Assembly (NCBI GenBank): GCA_973895155.1 | Contig: OZ316892.1 | Location: forward strand, 24,499,971 to 24,563,970 | Source: Marsupella aquatica | Taxonomy: Eukaryota; Plantae; Marchantiophyta | DNA: 64,000 bases | Reading direction: 5' to 3' | Part shown: piece after piece, positions 1 through 14,147 of the stretch | Numbering within the stretch: position 1 is the stretch's first letter | Layout of the letters: each line of letters begins with the position of its first letter | Notes under the pieces: model-generated | Told to the model about the DNA's origin: nothing | Seen by the model: the letters and a program-made list of their open reading frames with translations, nothing else | The model's database searches: none | Made by a program: the position numbers and the translations under genes

Positions 1-2032
1 AAGTGAGTGCTAACCTTCCGCATTGATTCTCAATCTCCCAACTCAATTATCAACGCTTTTTGCCTCCTCATACTGCGCTCTCATCCGTCTCTCTCCGCAC
101 CATGAGGAGCGCATCCAAAAGGTGTTCTGATTTGATCAAACCGCACCAACGGCAACTGGCGGCTGTCTGGCCACTGGCGTCAACTATGCCTGCGAGGTCT
201 GTCTGCAGCATCAGTATCAACACCAGCTGCTACGGGTGCAGCTGCTCATCAACAATACTAGGCCATATGAATAAAATGACCTCGCCGTCCCACTCATGTA
301 GTATTCCTCTTCCATCTTCCTCCTCTCATTTCCCTCTGCCCCCTCATTCAGTCCCACTCTCTAGGTGCAAGCTACGCACTCACAAGCTTTTCATATGCCC
401 AGCGCAGTACAGTAGCCTGGACACCTATCTGCAGCTATAACATCCGCCTCTATCTCTCCAACTTGCATAAGTTAACAACGCCTTTGGGTTCTTCTGGACG
501 TCGATCCATCTGATTATTATTCCCACTCTTCTCGCCTGGGTTGTTCAAATCTCTTTCAGTTCAGGGGATGAAGCTGCTGCAGCTCACTGACTCCTCGATC
601 CGCGTCCTCAGTGACTCTTTGCTAGTGCAGCGACCTCTCTCCCCTGCTGCTACTTCAGGCTACCACAACCTCATGCCAGCGGATCACTTCTTCAACGTCT
701 GCACCTCCCTCCTATTTGATCCTCCCTGTAGTGCCTTCTCATTTTAGAAGTCGACTCTAGTCCCTCCTCCACCTCCTCCTCCTCCTCCTCCTGTCTCCTT
801 CGTGTCCCTTTGCTTTCTCGTCCCTTCGCCAATCGACTGACTGCGAGGACTACTGAACCAACTGGCTCAAACTCCCTTCCACATCACTCTCTCCAGCCCA
901 GTACGAAGCAGCTCTCAAGCGAGAGTCTGAGAAAGCTCTGCCCTCATTTGGAAGAGGGTTCGTAAAAAGAGCGACGACCGATGTCCCGAAATTGAACTCG
1001 CCCCTCCTCCTTCCGCTCTGCTCAACTCTATTCTATACTCGACTGCTCACTTTCTCGTGCTTTCTACAAAGCTACTAACATGGAGACAGTCAGACCAGAA
1101 GACACAAAAGGGAAGCGAAGGAGGAGGGAGACCAGAATCACCAGAATCACCGGACCAGACACAAGACCGGGCGACAGTGATCAGATCAGGAAAAACAATG
1201 CGGAGAAGAACGACAGAGGATCGAATCCAGAAGAGAAGTGAAGAGAAGAGAAGAGACGACATCGCTTTTGCATTTGAGAACAGAGGACGACGAAAAGTTC
1301 AACGCACAACATTGAAGAGAACAGAGAGTGAGGGCCAGACCAGTGGGGGGCCGGGCGAGGCCAGACCAGATGCCCAAGGCCAGAAGCAAGGCCAACAGGG
1401 GGCCAACGAACAAACAAACTAATAGGCCAAGAGCGTGACAAAGATACGCAGCGGCATACATTTCACCGTCTTTCAACTAATTAACGCACCATCGGCCCCT
1501 ACGCTGGGGCCGGCGCGAGCCTCCACTTTACAGTACTGCACTACTGCTGCGCACAATTAGTCAGCAGGGCCGGGCCCGCCCCTTACAGTACTACCGCCCC
1601 TTACTAGGCCCTCTGTCCCGTGATTGGGACTTGTCTCCGACTTTTACACAGCCAGGGCCGACAATTAGTGAGGGTGTCAACAATTAGTGGGGGTGGCAAA
1701 ACATTGGGTTGTGGGCTGCGGGTCCCAACGGGGGCCATTTGGTAACAATAAATCCTTGTTTTGGTTTAGCGAAGTTGTGAGGAAGTTTGGAGATCTATTA
1801 GGGGGTATCAAATATTGATCTATTTTGCTCCTCTAGATGATAGGGCCTCTGCCCGGGACGTGACCTATTGATGACTTCAAGATGATTTGAGTTTATTTGT
1901 TTACAGTCTCTCAACAGCCAGGCTGTGGTGGGGGGAACTGACCATAGGGAAAAGAAGAAATTCGAGGACTTGAGTGTGCAGGCAAGGCAGTTTTCACCCA
2001 ATCCATGTAGTCATAGCCTCTAAAGTACTTAA

Positions 2033-3544
2033 CCGGCCCCCTCTAGCATCTTGTGGACTTGATTCACCACAAAGATGGATTTGAGTACTTGATCAGGCCG
2101 TCCAAAATCCTAAATACCATAATTGTGTAGTAATGCAAAAAAATACAGTATTCCCGCAGTAGTTCTGTCGGGGTTACCTCTGCTGCACATGGCGCCACTA
2201 CATACTCGAGGCACCAATAAACATACAAAATGTCAATTTTTGATCACACCAAACAATTTTCAGCTCAAAATGAACTCCTATAGTTATCCAGTGAAATGTC
2301 AGGGTTTATCCAAAATTGACATATTGTAGGTTTTGTGGTGCCCCAAGTATGTAGTGGCACCCTGTGGCGGAGGTAAACCCAACAGCAACTACTGCAAATA
2401 CGCTGTATTTTTTGGATAAACTACAATACTATGGTATTTTTAGGAATTTGGACGGCCCACTGTCCAAGGGGCCTGATCAAGTCCTCAATCCATCTTTGTG
2501 GTCAATTAAGTCCACAAGATGCTAGAGGGGAGATATATGCTTGATGGGCCCCCTGGTGAACCTTTCTTACCTGATGGGCCCCTAGGTAACTTTTTTTACC
2601 AAGTAGGACCCCTCTTAATGACCAGTATACCTGTTCTTGTGTGGTGCCTACACCTGTCCTTGTGTGGTGCCTACTATGTATGGTGACTCCAAGCAAACTG
2701 CACAGTTGAACGGTGTGGTCGACTTTACATGGTCGACCAAGAAACCACAGAGATTATTCGGGAGAAACCGTGAAAAGCGACTGCCGCTGTCAAAACTGCG
2801 ATTTGAAGACAATATGCATTATGTCTTCGGAATCACTAGGTTAATGCCTGAAGACACAATGGATTATGTCTTCGGGTTCAAATTTTTATCATATCATGGG
2901 GTAGTTATTAGGTATGTTTTTCACGTTACGCACATGGGTTTTTCATGATGTTTTCATGCACGACTATCAGCGTCAATGTGGGGTACCTCCAAATGTCCAC
3001 AAAGAATATTCAAGTTCAATGTTCAGAATTTGCCTACTGCCGCAAATTCTGAACATTGGCAAATGATTGACAATTGCGCTCAAAAAATAGTAATACTCCC
3101 TGTGCAATGCATACAAACAATTTCAAAAGAAGACAGACCCAAAGGTGTCGGGGTACACCCTAAACCCTAAACCTTGAAACACGGGAAGACATAATCCATT
3201 GAGTCTTCAGGCATTAACCCATTGAATCCGAAGACATAATGCATATTGTCTTCAAATCATAGTTTCGACAGCGGCCATCGCTTTTTGCAGTTTCTCTCGA
3301 ATCATCTTCGTGGTTTCTCGGTCGACCATGCAAGGTTGACCGCACGGTTCAACTGTGCAGTTTGCTTGGAGTCACCATACATAGTAGGCACCACACAAGG
3401 ACAGGTGTAGGCACCACACAAGAACAGGTGTACTGGTCATTAAGAGGGGTCCTACTTGGTAAAAAAAGTTACCTAGGGGCCCATCAGGTAAGAAAGGTTC
3501 ACCAGGGGGCCCATCAAACATATATCTCTGCTAGAGGGGGGTGG
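2033..3544. mobile_element. Foldback MITE-like element (~500 bp without its nested insert), flanked by TTAA
   Basis: Arms 2033-~2244 and ~2308-2529 are imperfect inverted repeats (cccctctagcatcttgtggactt / aagtccacaagatgctagagggg). The last bases of the right arm are displaced to 3539-3544 by a nested insertion. TTAA occurs at 2029-2032 and 3545-3548. Confidence 0.75.
2530..3528. mobile_element. Non-autonomous Mutator-like foldback element with ~340-bp TIRs
   Basis: Starts gagatatatg and ends catatatctc. TIRs are 2530-~2873 and ~3185-3528, with the outer ~180 bp nearly identical. Perfect 10-bp TSD tgctagaggg at 2520-2529 and 3529-3538. The mirror-image ORFs 2502-2696(-) and 3362-(+) are a by-product of the TIRs. 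Confidence 0.9.
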
Positions 3545-5509
3545 TTAAGTCCATTGCCAAGTCCCTTCCTTGTATCACTTTTTCTTGGACAAACTATGAA
3601 CATCACCTATCTGAGTGCCTTTTTCTCTATGGAACTCATTGTGGTTTTTCAAAGAGAGTACAAACAACTTGAGGGTCAATTGATGGTGCCAACCTTTGAT
3701 GTTATATATGTCCATGAAATAAGCTATAACAGAGAAAGGTTTGCTACAGGCAGTGACTTACAGGCCAAAGTGAAGTGTTTTGGTAGCCTCCACTTAGCCA
3801 TGTGAGTTATAGGCTAAACTCCCCTTGTGATTCACCTCCAAACTTCTGGCTGACTGTGCTTGCCTTCTCTTCATTTTAAGCTTCATATGCAGCTTTTTCT
3901 AAGGAGTTCATTATCAAAAAATCGCCCTCTGAAAGGGAATGTTACCCATAAACAAGACAAAAACAGCACACAAGAACAAAAGGGTGGGGGGGGGGGAAAG
4001 AGAGATTGGAGTCCTGTATAATATTGGGGCAAGGGAGTGGTCATACATGCAACTTTTTGTTTAATAATTTTTTGGCTTAAAATATATAGTTTATACACAT
4101 AATTTTAATTTATTAAAAGCGGGATTAAGGGATGTCCTCTTAGACATCCAAATATAGACAGAAAGCAAATTCTCAGAATAATTAAGGTTGCCGTGCATTT
4201 TTATCAATCTCATACCTAATTGACATTCATTTTGAGAGGAGCTATGGGAGAAGACAAGTCCACAATAGTCCTCACAAGCAATCAAGTTCACAAGCACATT
4301 TCCCTCACCAATTGGACGTGAGTCCGCATACAAGTGTGCTGGCCAATTTGACTTTCCTCAGGCAATGTATGCTGTGAAAACCTTTGTTCTATTTAGATGC
4401 CCTAAGCTTGGCCTTCTTCTTGTGCCATAGTCTTGGGTTAGCAAATTTGAATAAATAATCAGTTTTTCAAATATGCAGTCTTTTGGGGAATATGGGGAGT
4501 AAATTAGATTTTAGACAAGATAGCCTGTAAAACTTTTAATGCACTTGAAGACTTGTTTTCTGTTGAAATAGACCCTGAACATGTTCTCGCTTTGTGTCCG
4601 TGAAACACTGGAAAATTTCCCTGAGAAATGTTTTGGCTAGGAAAAACTCAGCCATCAAATTGGGACAGCAAGGAAGCCAGTTAAAATAACTTTTTGGGCA
4701 AAGATAGCAACCAACTTATAACAACACTATTGAGTGTTACTGTTCAGAACATTTGTCGTCAATATACATATTACTGTAAAGAACAGAAAGAAAGGCACCT
4801 GAGATAGGAGCGAGAGATTCAAGAAAGTGAGAATCAAAGAATATAACTATGAATACCCGTAAGAGCCAACAAGCCAAGAGTCTCAAAAAATGGCCAAAGA
4901 ACAAGGTCTAGAGCCTTGCTTAGCAACAATCTGGAAAGCTTCACAAGGCTCTTGCAGCATCATAAGGCTTACAAGAGAACCAAAACGAAGCCTGTCCTGG
5001 TGTGCAAGTAAGGAGATTTTGCCAACCCAAACTAATTCTGTTAGGAGAGAATTTTCTAGAACAATCTGGACACAAGGACTGATTGAAGATTTTTGCCAGC
5101 CCGTCATCAACATCGAGATGCTTGTTGTACTTTGTCCAGTCATAGGTGGACTCAGTTGACCTTTCCCAAACTTTTATTGGAGTTTGGACCCCCTACTCTA
5201 CGCAGTCCACATGTTTAGCAATAGACAATGTCTGAGGTACTCTGTTGTGGGGATACTTTGTGGATGGTTAAATGGCTCGCAATATATAGTATAAAAGCAC
5301 ACAATATATACTATATTTAAGCTCACAATTGAGGGGATACCCTAGGAGTTCTGAGCACCTCTGTCTGGTGAGCCATGATGCACATGGAGACAAGGGTCAT
5401 GAGATGCTCTCTCACAATGTGGAGCCAGCTTAATTGTCAAGATTTTTTTCTGTCGCCAGGGTGGCCAGTGTCACTTTGTGTGAAGCAGAAGATGCAAGGA
5501 ATATTCAGT

Positions 5510-5690
5510 ATCTAATTTTCCAAGATTGGTTTCTTACCCTCGGATATCCCTAGATTGAGGATAAGTGTCAGATTCTAGCTAATGAGGTTGTGGCTAGGTT
5601 GGAAACCCTAACCAATTTTGTCAAAAGTAGTAATTAATTTCCAGAGAAGTGGAATCTAGCAAATTTGTACGACTAAAGAAGAGCTCCATG
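5510..5690 (+). repeat. Dispersed degenerate repeat family, copy 1 (related copies near 21486-21690, 21780-21930 and, inverted, 22445-22620)
   Basis: Shared blocks tatctaattt.cc.agatt, gat.tcccta.a.tt.aggataa, gctaatg.ggt..tggctagg and a.tagcaaatt. Confidence 0.6.
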
Positions 5691-7153
5691 GAGCCCTAAG
5701 TACCAGCACCCAACTCCTCATAGGATCGTGTTCCAGTCATCAAAGTGAAGAATGGCTTTAGAGAAGTTGATCAAAGACTATTAGGAATCTCATAAGTCAT
5801 GACAAACGAGCCAGTAACACATTTTCCCTCCAAAAAGGGTGGAAAGAAATGGGCACGAGGAGACATGAGTTCACATGAAAATCAAGTTTATTTGACTTAA
5901 TTAACAAGTGAGGTAAGTACGTAGTCGGATTGAAAATCTCAAACTTGTATGTGGGCTTATCATAGTCAAGAAAAATACACCACATCAAAATATATATCCT
6001 ACATATGCATACCTTCCTTGGTCACAAGATCAAACCCTTTTTGGCCACGGACCTGATTTTTCTCTAACTATACACTAAAGCCTGAAATAACTCTCTTCTA
6101 TGCAAGTTATTCTTGTCCTCCTCTCCTCTATTGTGTATTGTTTCACCTTCCCCAAGTACATTTTCCAATATTCCCAATATTTGTTGTATTAGTTTTCCTT
6201 CACTTTAGTTTATGATTACTTTTGCAAATCCTCATATAATAGTTTTACTTCACTTTGTTAATCAATCATGCTGGATATATCTATGTAGATAAATAGATAT
6301 TTACTAGCCCAATCCCTAGTGCCTTGACAGTATTGTCCATTTTAAGCATTGTTGATTAGAATTGTTGTGGAGTAAAAGTGAGATGGGCAGGCAATTGGAG
6401 TTGTTGCAGGGAGTTGATGAGTCGACCTGGCCATTGATTTCTAGGATTCTGAAAGTTGAGGGAAGAGTGACAGGTTGGGCGTAGTAGATCTTATGGTTAC
6501 AAAACATTTCACCATAACCCAACAAACAAGGAGACTTCCAGTTACAATGAAAACTCATAAATTGACCTTGAGAAACAAAAATCAAAATAATTGTATACTA
6601 TAGTGACTATTTAGATGTTTAGATCCCGGGGTTTACATAAATCCTATTAGAGCTTGAGATCTTGTTTGAGCCAAAGATTTGCAACAAAGATCCAGGCAAA
6701 GACCCGCTTGTATCTCTTGGATTCAATGCTAACCCCAAGCTTGTTTACTCTTGAGCACTACCAGGCTTTCAGTATGTTGTTCAGTAGGGCTTTAGTTCTT
6801 TAGTGTTGCATGGGATTCTCAAGATTTTTCTCTTTTATCTTGGGTTTTACCCTGATTTTTTTGCTGAGCAAACAATTGGTACTCAAAGACAACATGCACA
6901 TGTGCACAAAACACACACAGAACACAGAAGTAATTGGTTTGTTAAGAGATACATAGTTCACCTCTCTAGAGCTTTACTAATAAAAGTTCCACTCACTAAG
7001 TACTGCTGGTGAATATAGAAATAACATATCGAACCATAAGCAAGAACCTAACTATGGTTAGGCTAATTGTGGTTATGTAATAAGTCTAGATTAAATGCCT
7101 AGCTTTTTCTCCCGTTTATTGGGACTTCCAATTAGGTGCTATTTTTTGGCATG

Positions 7154-7507
7154 ATAGCATCTCCAACAGTTAGTGGGTTGGTCTAGTGTGCGACTATACT
7201 GACCAAGATAGTAAGATTGGACCGAAAAGGAAATCCCAATGGATACCGGAACGTCAATTGTGACCTTATTGGGTTAGTGAGTTTTTTTTTTTACAATTGT
7301 AATTAAGCTAGTGTGTAGTGAGTTGATTGAATACAATATTCATTAGTGAGTTATCCAAGATCTAATGATCAGTATTACTATTTCAGGAGCTAGTAAAAAA
7401 CTCAATAACCATTAGTTCTTCATTTTGGCATATCTACATACAATGTACTAAAGAAAGGTAACTCATTACTCTACTTAATGTACAGAGTACACTGTTGGAG
7501 ATGCTCT
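7154..7507. mobile_element. Tourist/PIF-Harbinger-type MITE
   Basis: Perfect 15-bp TIR agcatctccaacagt (7156-7170) / actgttggagatgct (7491-7505), matching the common plant GAGCATCTCCAA terminus. AT-rich interior. The 3-bp TSD is imperfect. Confidence 0.7.
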
Positions 7508-8280
7508 TAGAAAAAGATGTTGCAAAAAGTTATAAGCTAGAGAATCAAGAGAAAGAAAGGGATGAAGATTTCTAAACAGAAAGAGAAGAAAGGACATCAA
7601 GGTTTCCAATCAGATTATTGTATTGTATCCACAGTATGAAGGGAAAAACCCAGGCCAGGAATCTCTTGCTGGTCCACCACAGGATATTATCTACACCCGG
7701 AAATGGAGATCATGATAAACATGGTGAAAAGAAACCGTGTATGTTAAACTGGCAACAACAAGGCACCCAACCAGAGACACCATCCCACAGGCAAAAGACC
7801 CAATCAAGGGGAAGCACAAAAAACTAAAGGCCCTGCGACCCTCGGGGACCTGGCAGAAGTCCACCACAAACGCAGTCAGGAAACTAAAACCCTACCTAGC
7901 AGCAAATGACAAGCCTGCTCGTGAGTGAACTGCACCCTAGGGTCAAGCAAGGGAATATGACTAGAAACCCTAAAACCAACCCTCTCACCTCAAAGAATAA
8001 TGAATGCCTAAGCCTTGTGAAACGCAACCCCTTTGTCTAAAAAGTGATGACAAACACCCGGGGATCTGGCCTCTGTTATACATAATGCACGGTGCATGAT
8101 TTTATACATAGGTCAAAAATTGGGTGAAGAGTCCCATAGATCTCCACACTAAGGGGACAGAATAGGTCTCGGGGATAATGAAGAGCATCAAACTCCTTCT
8201 GGAGCCTTGTAGCCCTTGCAACGGGCTGGCCATACATATTGGCAACCGTTGCCTCCATTATTATTTACTTCTATAGTTCT

Positions 8281-8440
8281 ATAGCCCAAAATATTGGAAA
8301 ATTTACGGGAAAACGTATTTCCCAGTATTTTGGAAATGAAAATTTCATGATAGCCCAAAATACGGGAATTTACGGGAAAACGTATTTTCCAGTATTTGGA
8401 CATGAAAATTTCATCTCCAATATACTGGAAAATACGGGAT
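8281..8440. repeat. ~68-bp tandem repeat, about 2.3 copies
   Basis: atagcccaaaata..ggaa.tttacgggaaaacgtattt.ccagtattt.gga.atgaaaatttcat is repeated. Confidence 0.85.
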
Positions 8441-8494
8441 AACGCACCCGATGCCATCCATCTACTGCATTGACGACCGTGGACAACGTTTCCA

Positions 8495-8659
8495 GCACGA
8501 CCAGGTGAATGACCTACTGTAGATACACTACTTCGTATTGTACTCATATGGACGGCGGACGATTTTCATGTGCACGACCAGGTGAAATGGTGAATGACCT
8601 ACTGTAGATACACTACTTCGTATTGTACTCATATGGACGGCGGACGATTTTCATGTGCA
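8495..8659. repeat. ~80-bp tandem duplication
   Basis: gcacgaccaggtgaatgacctactgtagatacactacttcgtattgtactcatatggacggcggacgattttcatgtgca occurs twice. Confidence 0.9.
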
Positions 8660-9754
8660 GATATTTCGGACATGCGAAGGAATTTGATCTGGCCCATCCC
8701 TATGTTTAATGAACGGCCTGGATCTCGCTACCAGTGATGGGAAAATTCTTAAAGTTTTTAAATATTCTGATTGGCAGGATTTTTAGGACACTACGTAGCT
8801 TTTACTTTGCTCGCAAGTACGGTTCTGTCCTCGAGTAAACGTGAAGGGTGGTGTAATAAATGGCACCCACAACTTCCAGTGCAATGAAAAGTTGTTTATG
8901 AGCAGGGTACTTATGAACGAATAGAATAAATGTAAGGCAGGATATAATAAAGGAGCCCTAGCTGCTGCAAGTAATCAGCTAATGGGAGCCCATAAATGCT
9001 GGCCGGTGACTTTTATACCAGTGTTAAATGTTTTGTCTTATTGATTCAGATTGAGTACCCTCTATCCTTTAATGCAAGGTCATGAATCACTATCAGCGTC
9101 ATAACGCCACTTTTAATTGAAAGAGTAAGAAAATGACTCACCCACTTTTAAATTGAAGGAGTAAAGAAAATGATTCACCTCGCCGTTCAATGTAAAAACA
9201 TAACCAGGTCTCAAATGTATATAATAGCAACCTAAAACCATTTTCCTCTGCTGAGATGATGGGAGCATAACTGAAAGTGAGGGCGCTGGGACAAAACCAG
9301 GGAGTGGAGGCGAATCATTCATGAACAGGAACAAGTAAGGTTTATACTCATCCACATTTATTCATGTTCAACGAACGAGTACTCAGACTAGTTTTAAAAA
9401 TGACTCAACCAGGTAGCCGAGGTCCCTAATATAAAACCTGACTCAACTACCGTAGGCACAACATTTTGTAAATATCTTAACCATGTCTTCTTGACTCCCT
9501 GAAATATGCAAAGGTGACCAAGAGGCAAAAGTATTTTTCTTCTAGACTCTGAGATATATGCTTGAGGGGACCCAGAGGCAAATGTATTTGTACACTGATG
9601 AGACCCCAAGTAAATCCTTAGCTTCACATACAAAAGTTCTTACCAGAGATGCTAAGGTTGATCTTCTTCTTGTGGTATGTCAATATGGCTTGCATTAGAA
9701 CAAACCAGCCTGAGTACTAGCTTTGCTCATAAATAGGTGATGAGTACCGTGCCA

Positions 9755-10031
9755 ATTTTCAGTTCATCATATCTGTGCCCCTAAAGTCATGGTCTAGAGG
9801 TTTCACTCTAGATCATAGGCCCTTATTTTTAGCTTTTGATTGTGCTTTATTAGATAAATGCTCTCCATCTATATACAAGCATAATTAGAATCTCCCCATT
9901 TTCAGTTCATCATATCTGTGCCCCTAAAGTCATGGTCTAGAGGTTTGGCTCTAGATCATAGCCCTTATTTTAGCTTTTGACTTTATTAGATAAATGCTCT
10001 CCATCTATATACAAGCATAATTAGAATCTCC
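9755..10031. repeat. ~140-bp tandem duplication
   Basis: attttcagttcatcatatctgtgcccctaaagtcatggtctagagg...caagcataattagaatctcc occurs twice with few differences. Confidence 0.9.
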
Positions 10032-11040
10032 TATTCACCGTAATTACTACTTGACCTAGATTGCCTTACCAAATCCTGCATTAGAGTGAGAGCCCTGTTA
10101 ACTTACTGTAGAGCATTTGTGGATTTTCGTTTTGAATCCAAACGCAAGTTTGTATGATTTTGCCTTCCTTCAGTTCACCAAAATACATTTAGTGTATTCA
10201 GTTGTTACCTTCTTTTCTACAGAAGAACAACTTTGTGAGATTTTTGTTTTGTCTTGTTGGAATAGTGCAAAACACATTGTGTGTAACAACATGGAGCTAT
10301 TTTGAGTTTTCCTTGGAGGTCCCATTATTGAAGCATATTTCTCATTCTATGTTGTAACTAGCTCAATGAGCATTGCAAAGTATTGTTGATATTGAATGAA
10401 TTGAGGCAAGTGTTTTCAAACATCAGCAAGATTGCCACGGCAGTCGGATGCTTTGGGGAGTTAGTGAGTCAGCCTGACAACTGGACTTTAAAGAGTGTGA
10501 GGTAGAGTATCGGGTTGGGCACGGAAAAGGTGAACAATGGCACCTTTAGACCCATCTCATGGATATGAAAAAAAGTCACCATAATCAACTTCCAGAGAGG
10601 TTTCCAGCCAATATAAAATTTTGTGAACAGACTGAAGATAGAAACAGCAGATCATGTATTATAGTGTTAAGAATATAGGTACTGTAGATGACTACCATGA
10701 GAAAGAAAGAGCAGATGACAAATTACAGTGTTAAGAATATAGAGAGATGACGTCCGCTCCTATGCTAGTTATTGTAATGAGGAGGAGAATGAACCATAGG
10801 AATGAAAAGAAATCAGATGAGCAGTGACAGATCAGAATGCTAAAAAAGAACATAAGCATTCCTGTCAGTCTCTGTATTTGAGATGTATGACTCGCAAGAT
10901 GACACTTTGAATCAACTGAATACCATGGATTACAAGTGGACCTGCATATGGTTAATTGTCGGCTTTATTTTGATTCTTTGAGCAACAATCCTTTTCTCCA
11001 CAGTAATCTTACTTTCATCCATGGCCTGTACGTCTGTAAT

Positions 11041-14000
11041 TCAAAGGTTGGATAACTCGGGTGCATTTGGAGCTGGTGGTAGAACTCCCTCTCTGCTAGC
11101 CATTTCATAAATTGCTATAGCTGCTAAAGCTTTAGAGTCTGCTGTGGAACGCCAAAGAGAAGAATAAGGCACAACCTTAACCTTGATAAGCTCCCCATGA
11201 TCTCTTAAGCCCGTCTCTGCACCTTGTAGAGATCTAATGACCTGAAGAAACACACGAGAGGAAAAAAGCTCATGATCACAAGGTGCATAAAGCCTTTGGT
11301 TTTGAAGCATTTGAGCCCAGGTTATTCGCTTATATTCCTCCTGGATTTATGTCTCCGTTGAGAGGTCTATTCTATGAAAGAAAATCAACATCGTCTGATC
11401 TGATGTTCTAAGTGCTGGCCAAATACCTCTTTGTTAACATGATTGCGGTACAAGAAGAGTGTGATGTCTTCATCACTGCCACCCTACAGTCAAAGCACTT
11501 GTATGAAGGTTATCATCACACCACAGCATATCCAAGACCAAGAAAGTGTCTGGGAATTGGATATTATTAGTCAACTGAATCAAAAGAGATTTCCATCATG
11601 AATTAATCAAATCACAAGCCATCTCCTGACGTTTCGCAGATTTTCTCTTCCACTATCTCAAAGAATGATCTCTCTTTTTTACAAAACATCAGGAATTCAT
11701 GAGACTGAAGATTGGGTCTCCTCTCTCTACTGAAAGATTTGCAGGTTACATTTACCTTTTACGAGCTTTCTACGCTAGAAACAATGATATTTTGTTATGG
11801 CGATGTTTTTCCAGATATGTACAATTCTGAGGTTGATCCATCGGTTACCATTTTCACAGATGAAACTTTGAATGAGCTATTCATGGGTCAGGATGAGAGT
11901 CATCTGTACTTAACACGCTGTAATTATCTGTGCCAAGGTAGCGATAATTTTAGACATTTTAAAACTATTCCACAGAGAAGGAGGATGCATACCGGTGAAG
12001 GAAACATTTTCCGGCCAGTTGACTCATCAAGGAGGGCAGTAAGGTCAACCAAATCTGATGATTGGACTCGAATCCCTGTCTCCTCTTCTATCTGCCATAA
12101 CGTTGTGAGATGGACAAGAGAACATTACACAAGTGAAAAACTGAATGATGTTCTTTTCAATCAGCAATGGTATCAAATCAACACAGAAGAACTACTCTAA
12201 GAACGTCACAGCTACTCAGTGAATTTATAACTGACAGCATACTTGTTAAAGAAATTAGAATGGGCAAAATACAGGGATGAAATTGTCTTAGTCCATGACC
12301 TCAGAACTTCTTAAGCCATTATTACCTCTCGAGCAGCAGTCCCAACAAAGTCTCCAATGTCGGAATCCAGCATACCAGCTGGTAGCTCCAGTAATGTTCG
12401 TCCTACAGGTACCCTTGCCTGGATGACATTGTAAATTTGCGTAAGAAATGAGGGTAGAAAAAAATTATCCGCACCTCCAGAGCCTATTGGCTGTAAAGCT
12501 ATCACGAACTCTGGACCATCTCTTTAGCAACATGCCTCCCATCTAAGTCGGCCCACAATAAAACCAAGACCTGAAGCGATATAAGTAACCAGTTCCAGGA
12601 ACGCATTAAGTGTTCTTTAATTTCTCGACATCATACGATGCACAAAACATACGCTTCGGTGGATTTGGTGTCTTGGAAACATGTGATCAACAAGGCATCC
12701 TAAATATTGGCAAGAAGGATCAATCAAGCTACTGCAATGATCAGGGTTGAATCCAGAGTGGCAAAGTACTCCATGGAAACAGACAGTATAATGTACAATG
12801 CCCTAAAGAATAGGAGGACATCGTTGTGTTTGAACCTGCTCGGTGAGAATTGCGTACTTTTCGCCTTCACACTCTACCAACATAAGGATGCCCACTGCTC
12901 CTCCACGTCCAAATACTATACCAGGAAGCTGCCACAAAATCCAACACAAAACAACAAACTACAATCAGTGAAGTTTATAAAAGGTTGATCATTATTCTTT
13001 CTTCTAGTGAAACTGCAATCACTAGCAACAAACCATTCCTTATCATTGAGGAGGTACAAAATATGTCAACATGACTGGTGCATAGATAATATTCTTCACC
13101 TTGGCTCCAGTGGCCTCATCGATTACTTCTGCTTTGAATTTGACGAACCCCACACGTGGACCAAAAAAGTCCACATTCTGTCCACAAGGTAACCAGTTGC
13201 ACATGTGGAAGTGAAAACCAAGTAAGAAAATCCTCAATTGCAGATCTTCGACGCTCACAATTTCGTATCCTTGCAGACTCGGACTGTGCATTCTATGCGG
13301 AAGAAACAACTAACCCATCCATGGATAATGTCCCATACTGAAATTGGATCATCCCAATCGTGTTTGTTCCTATGGAAGCATATATTGTCTAGAAAGCAAA
13401 GGGACTTTAGAATACAAAGCAATAGCACATGGGGGACTCAAACTAGGAGTCGAATGATTTCTCCGAAAAACCTGCACCCTAGATGGACAGTGCCATGGGT
13501 AAGTAGAAAACAGTGACAACTATGCAGGTGGAGATAACTAGCATGTACCAAAGGAGACCTTGAACACGTCTTAGCGTTTAGTTGCGATCAGAATCAGATC
13601 ATGCCAGTATACCTGGATAGTCACTTTCTTTAGGGAACATCGAGTTCCTACACCATCCCCCAAGTTTAAAATTCCATTGTGCCCAGTCATGTATTTAATC
13701 CATTGCTTGAAAACGTTGGATTCAACTGCTTGCCTGTTTAGAGGGTGACACGAACGTATCCATTAACAAATTGCATCCAGCAAAGCAATCTTCCTGGAAC
13801 GTAGAAGACGGGAAGTAACTGAAAGCATAATCATGGCCGAAGGATTTGGAGCCAAGGTACTTGACATGCGACTCAGAAAGTCCTGGTGATCCTATGAGCT
13901 GCACTGGTCTCCCACAAACGTCAATCGTGAGTGGTCCCATTGAAGGTGAACTCCCGTCCTCCTGATTTGCCATAGTACAAAACGTTCTCAGGCGACAATC

Positions 14001-14147
14001 TGTACTCCCACGAGGATTATTCCATCGCCTCCGAACGAATGGTAGGGATTCCTCGCTCTTTCTCGGACTAAGGAGGGCCCTGCTGGCGGCTTGCCTCAAG
14101 GACGACGACACTTTTTCCAGACAAAACCCACCTCCGATGTGCCACCG
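11041..14147 (-). CDS. NUDX14: Nudix hydrolase 14-like ADP-sugar pyrophosphatase, probably with a plastid transit peptide; at least 8 exons
   Basis: Manually spliced GT-AG exons: 14147-13861, 13733-13613, 13177-13100, 12928-12836, 12418-12326, 12091-11993, 11483-11427, 11241-11041. They give ...NVDFFGPRVGFVKFKA...LPGIVFGRGGAVGILM...ARVPVGRTLLELPAGMLDSDIGDFVGTAAREIEEETGI (Nudix box)...GAETGLRDHGELIKV..., collinear with plant NUDX14. The start is uncertain: either a phase-compatible first exon at 15785-15723 (MLAPGLFFVGTFGRSLVAPQL) or the ATG at 13973. Confidence 0.92.

Larger units (their letters stand above)
8074..8870 (+). mobile_element. Possible degenerate LTR followed by a tRNA-Lys-like primer-binding site
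   Basis: Begins tgttata and ends gtgtaata, then aa-tggcacccac, which resembles TGGCGCCCAC. It contains internal tandem duplications. No TSD and no coding remnant were seen. Confidence 0.3.

Noticed and set aside
1-1800. Possible minus-strand LTR-retrotransposon remnant (tgttacca followed by aatgg near 1735-1748, then purine-rich gag-like sequence)
   Set aside because: No convincing gag, zinc-knuckle or pol motif could be read, and the PBS match is poor.
11712-12200. 162-aa plus-strand ORF
   Set aside because: It is antisense to a NUDX14 exon and introns, has a non-ATG start and shows no motif.
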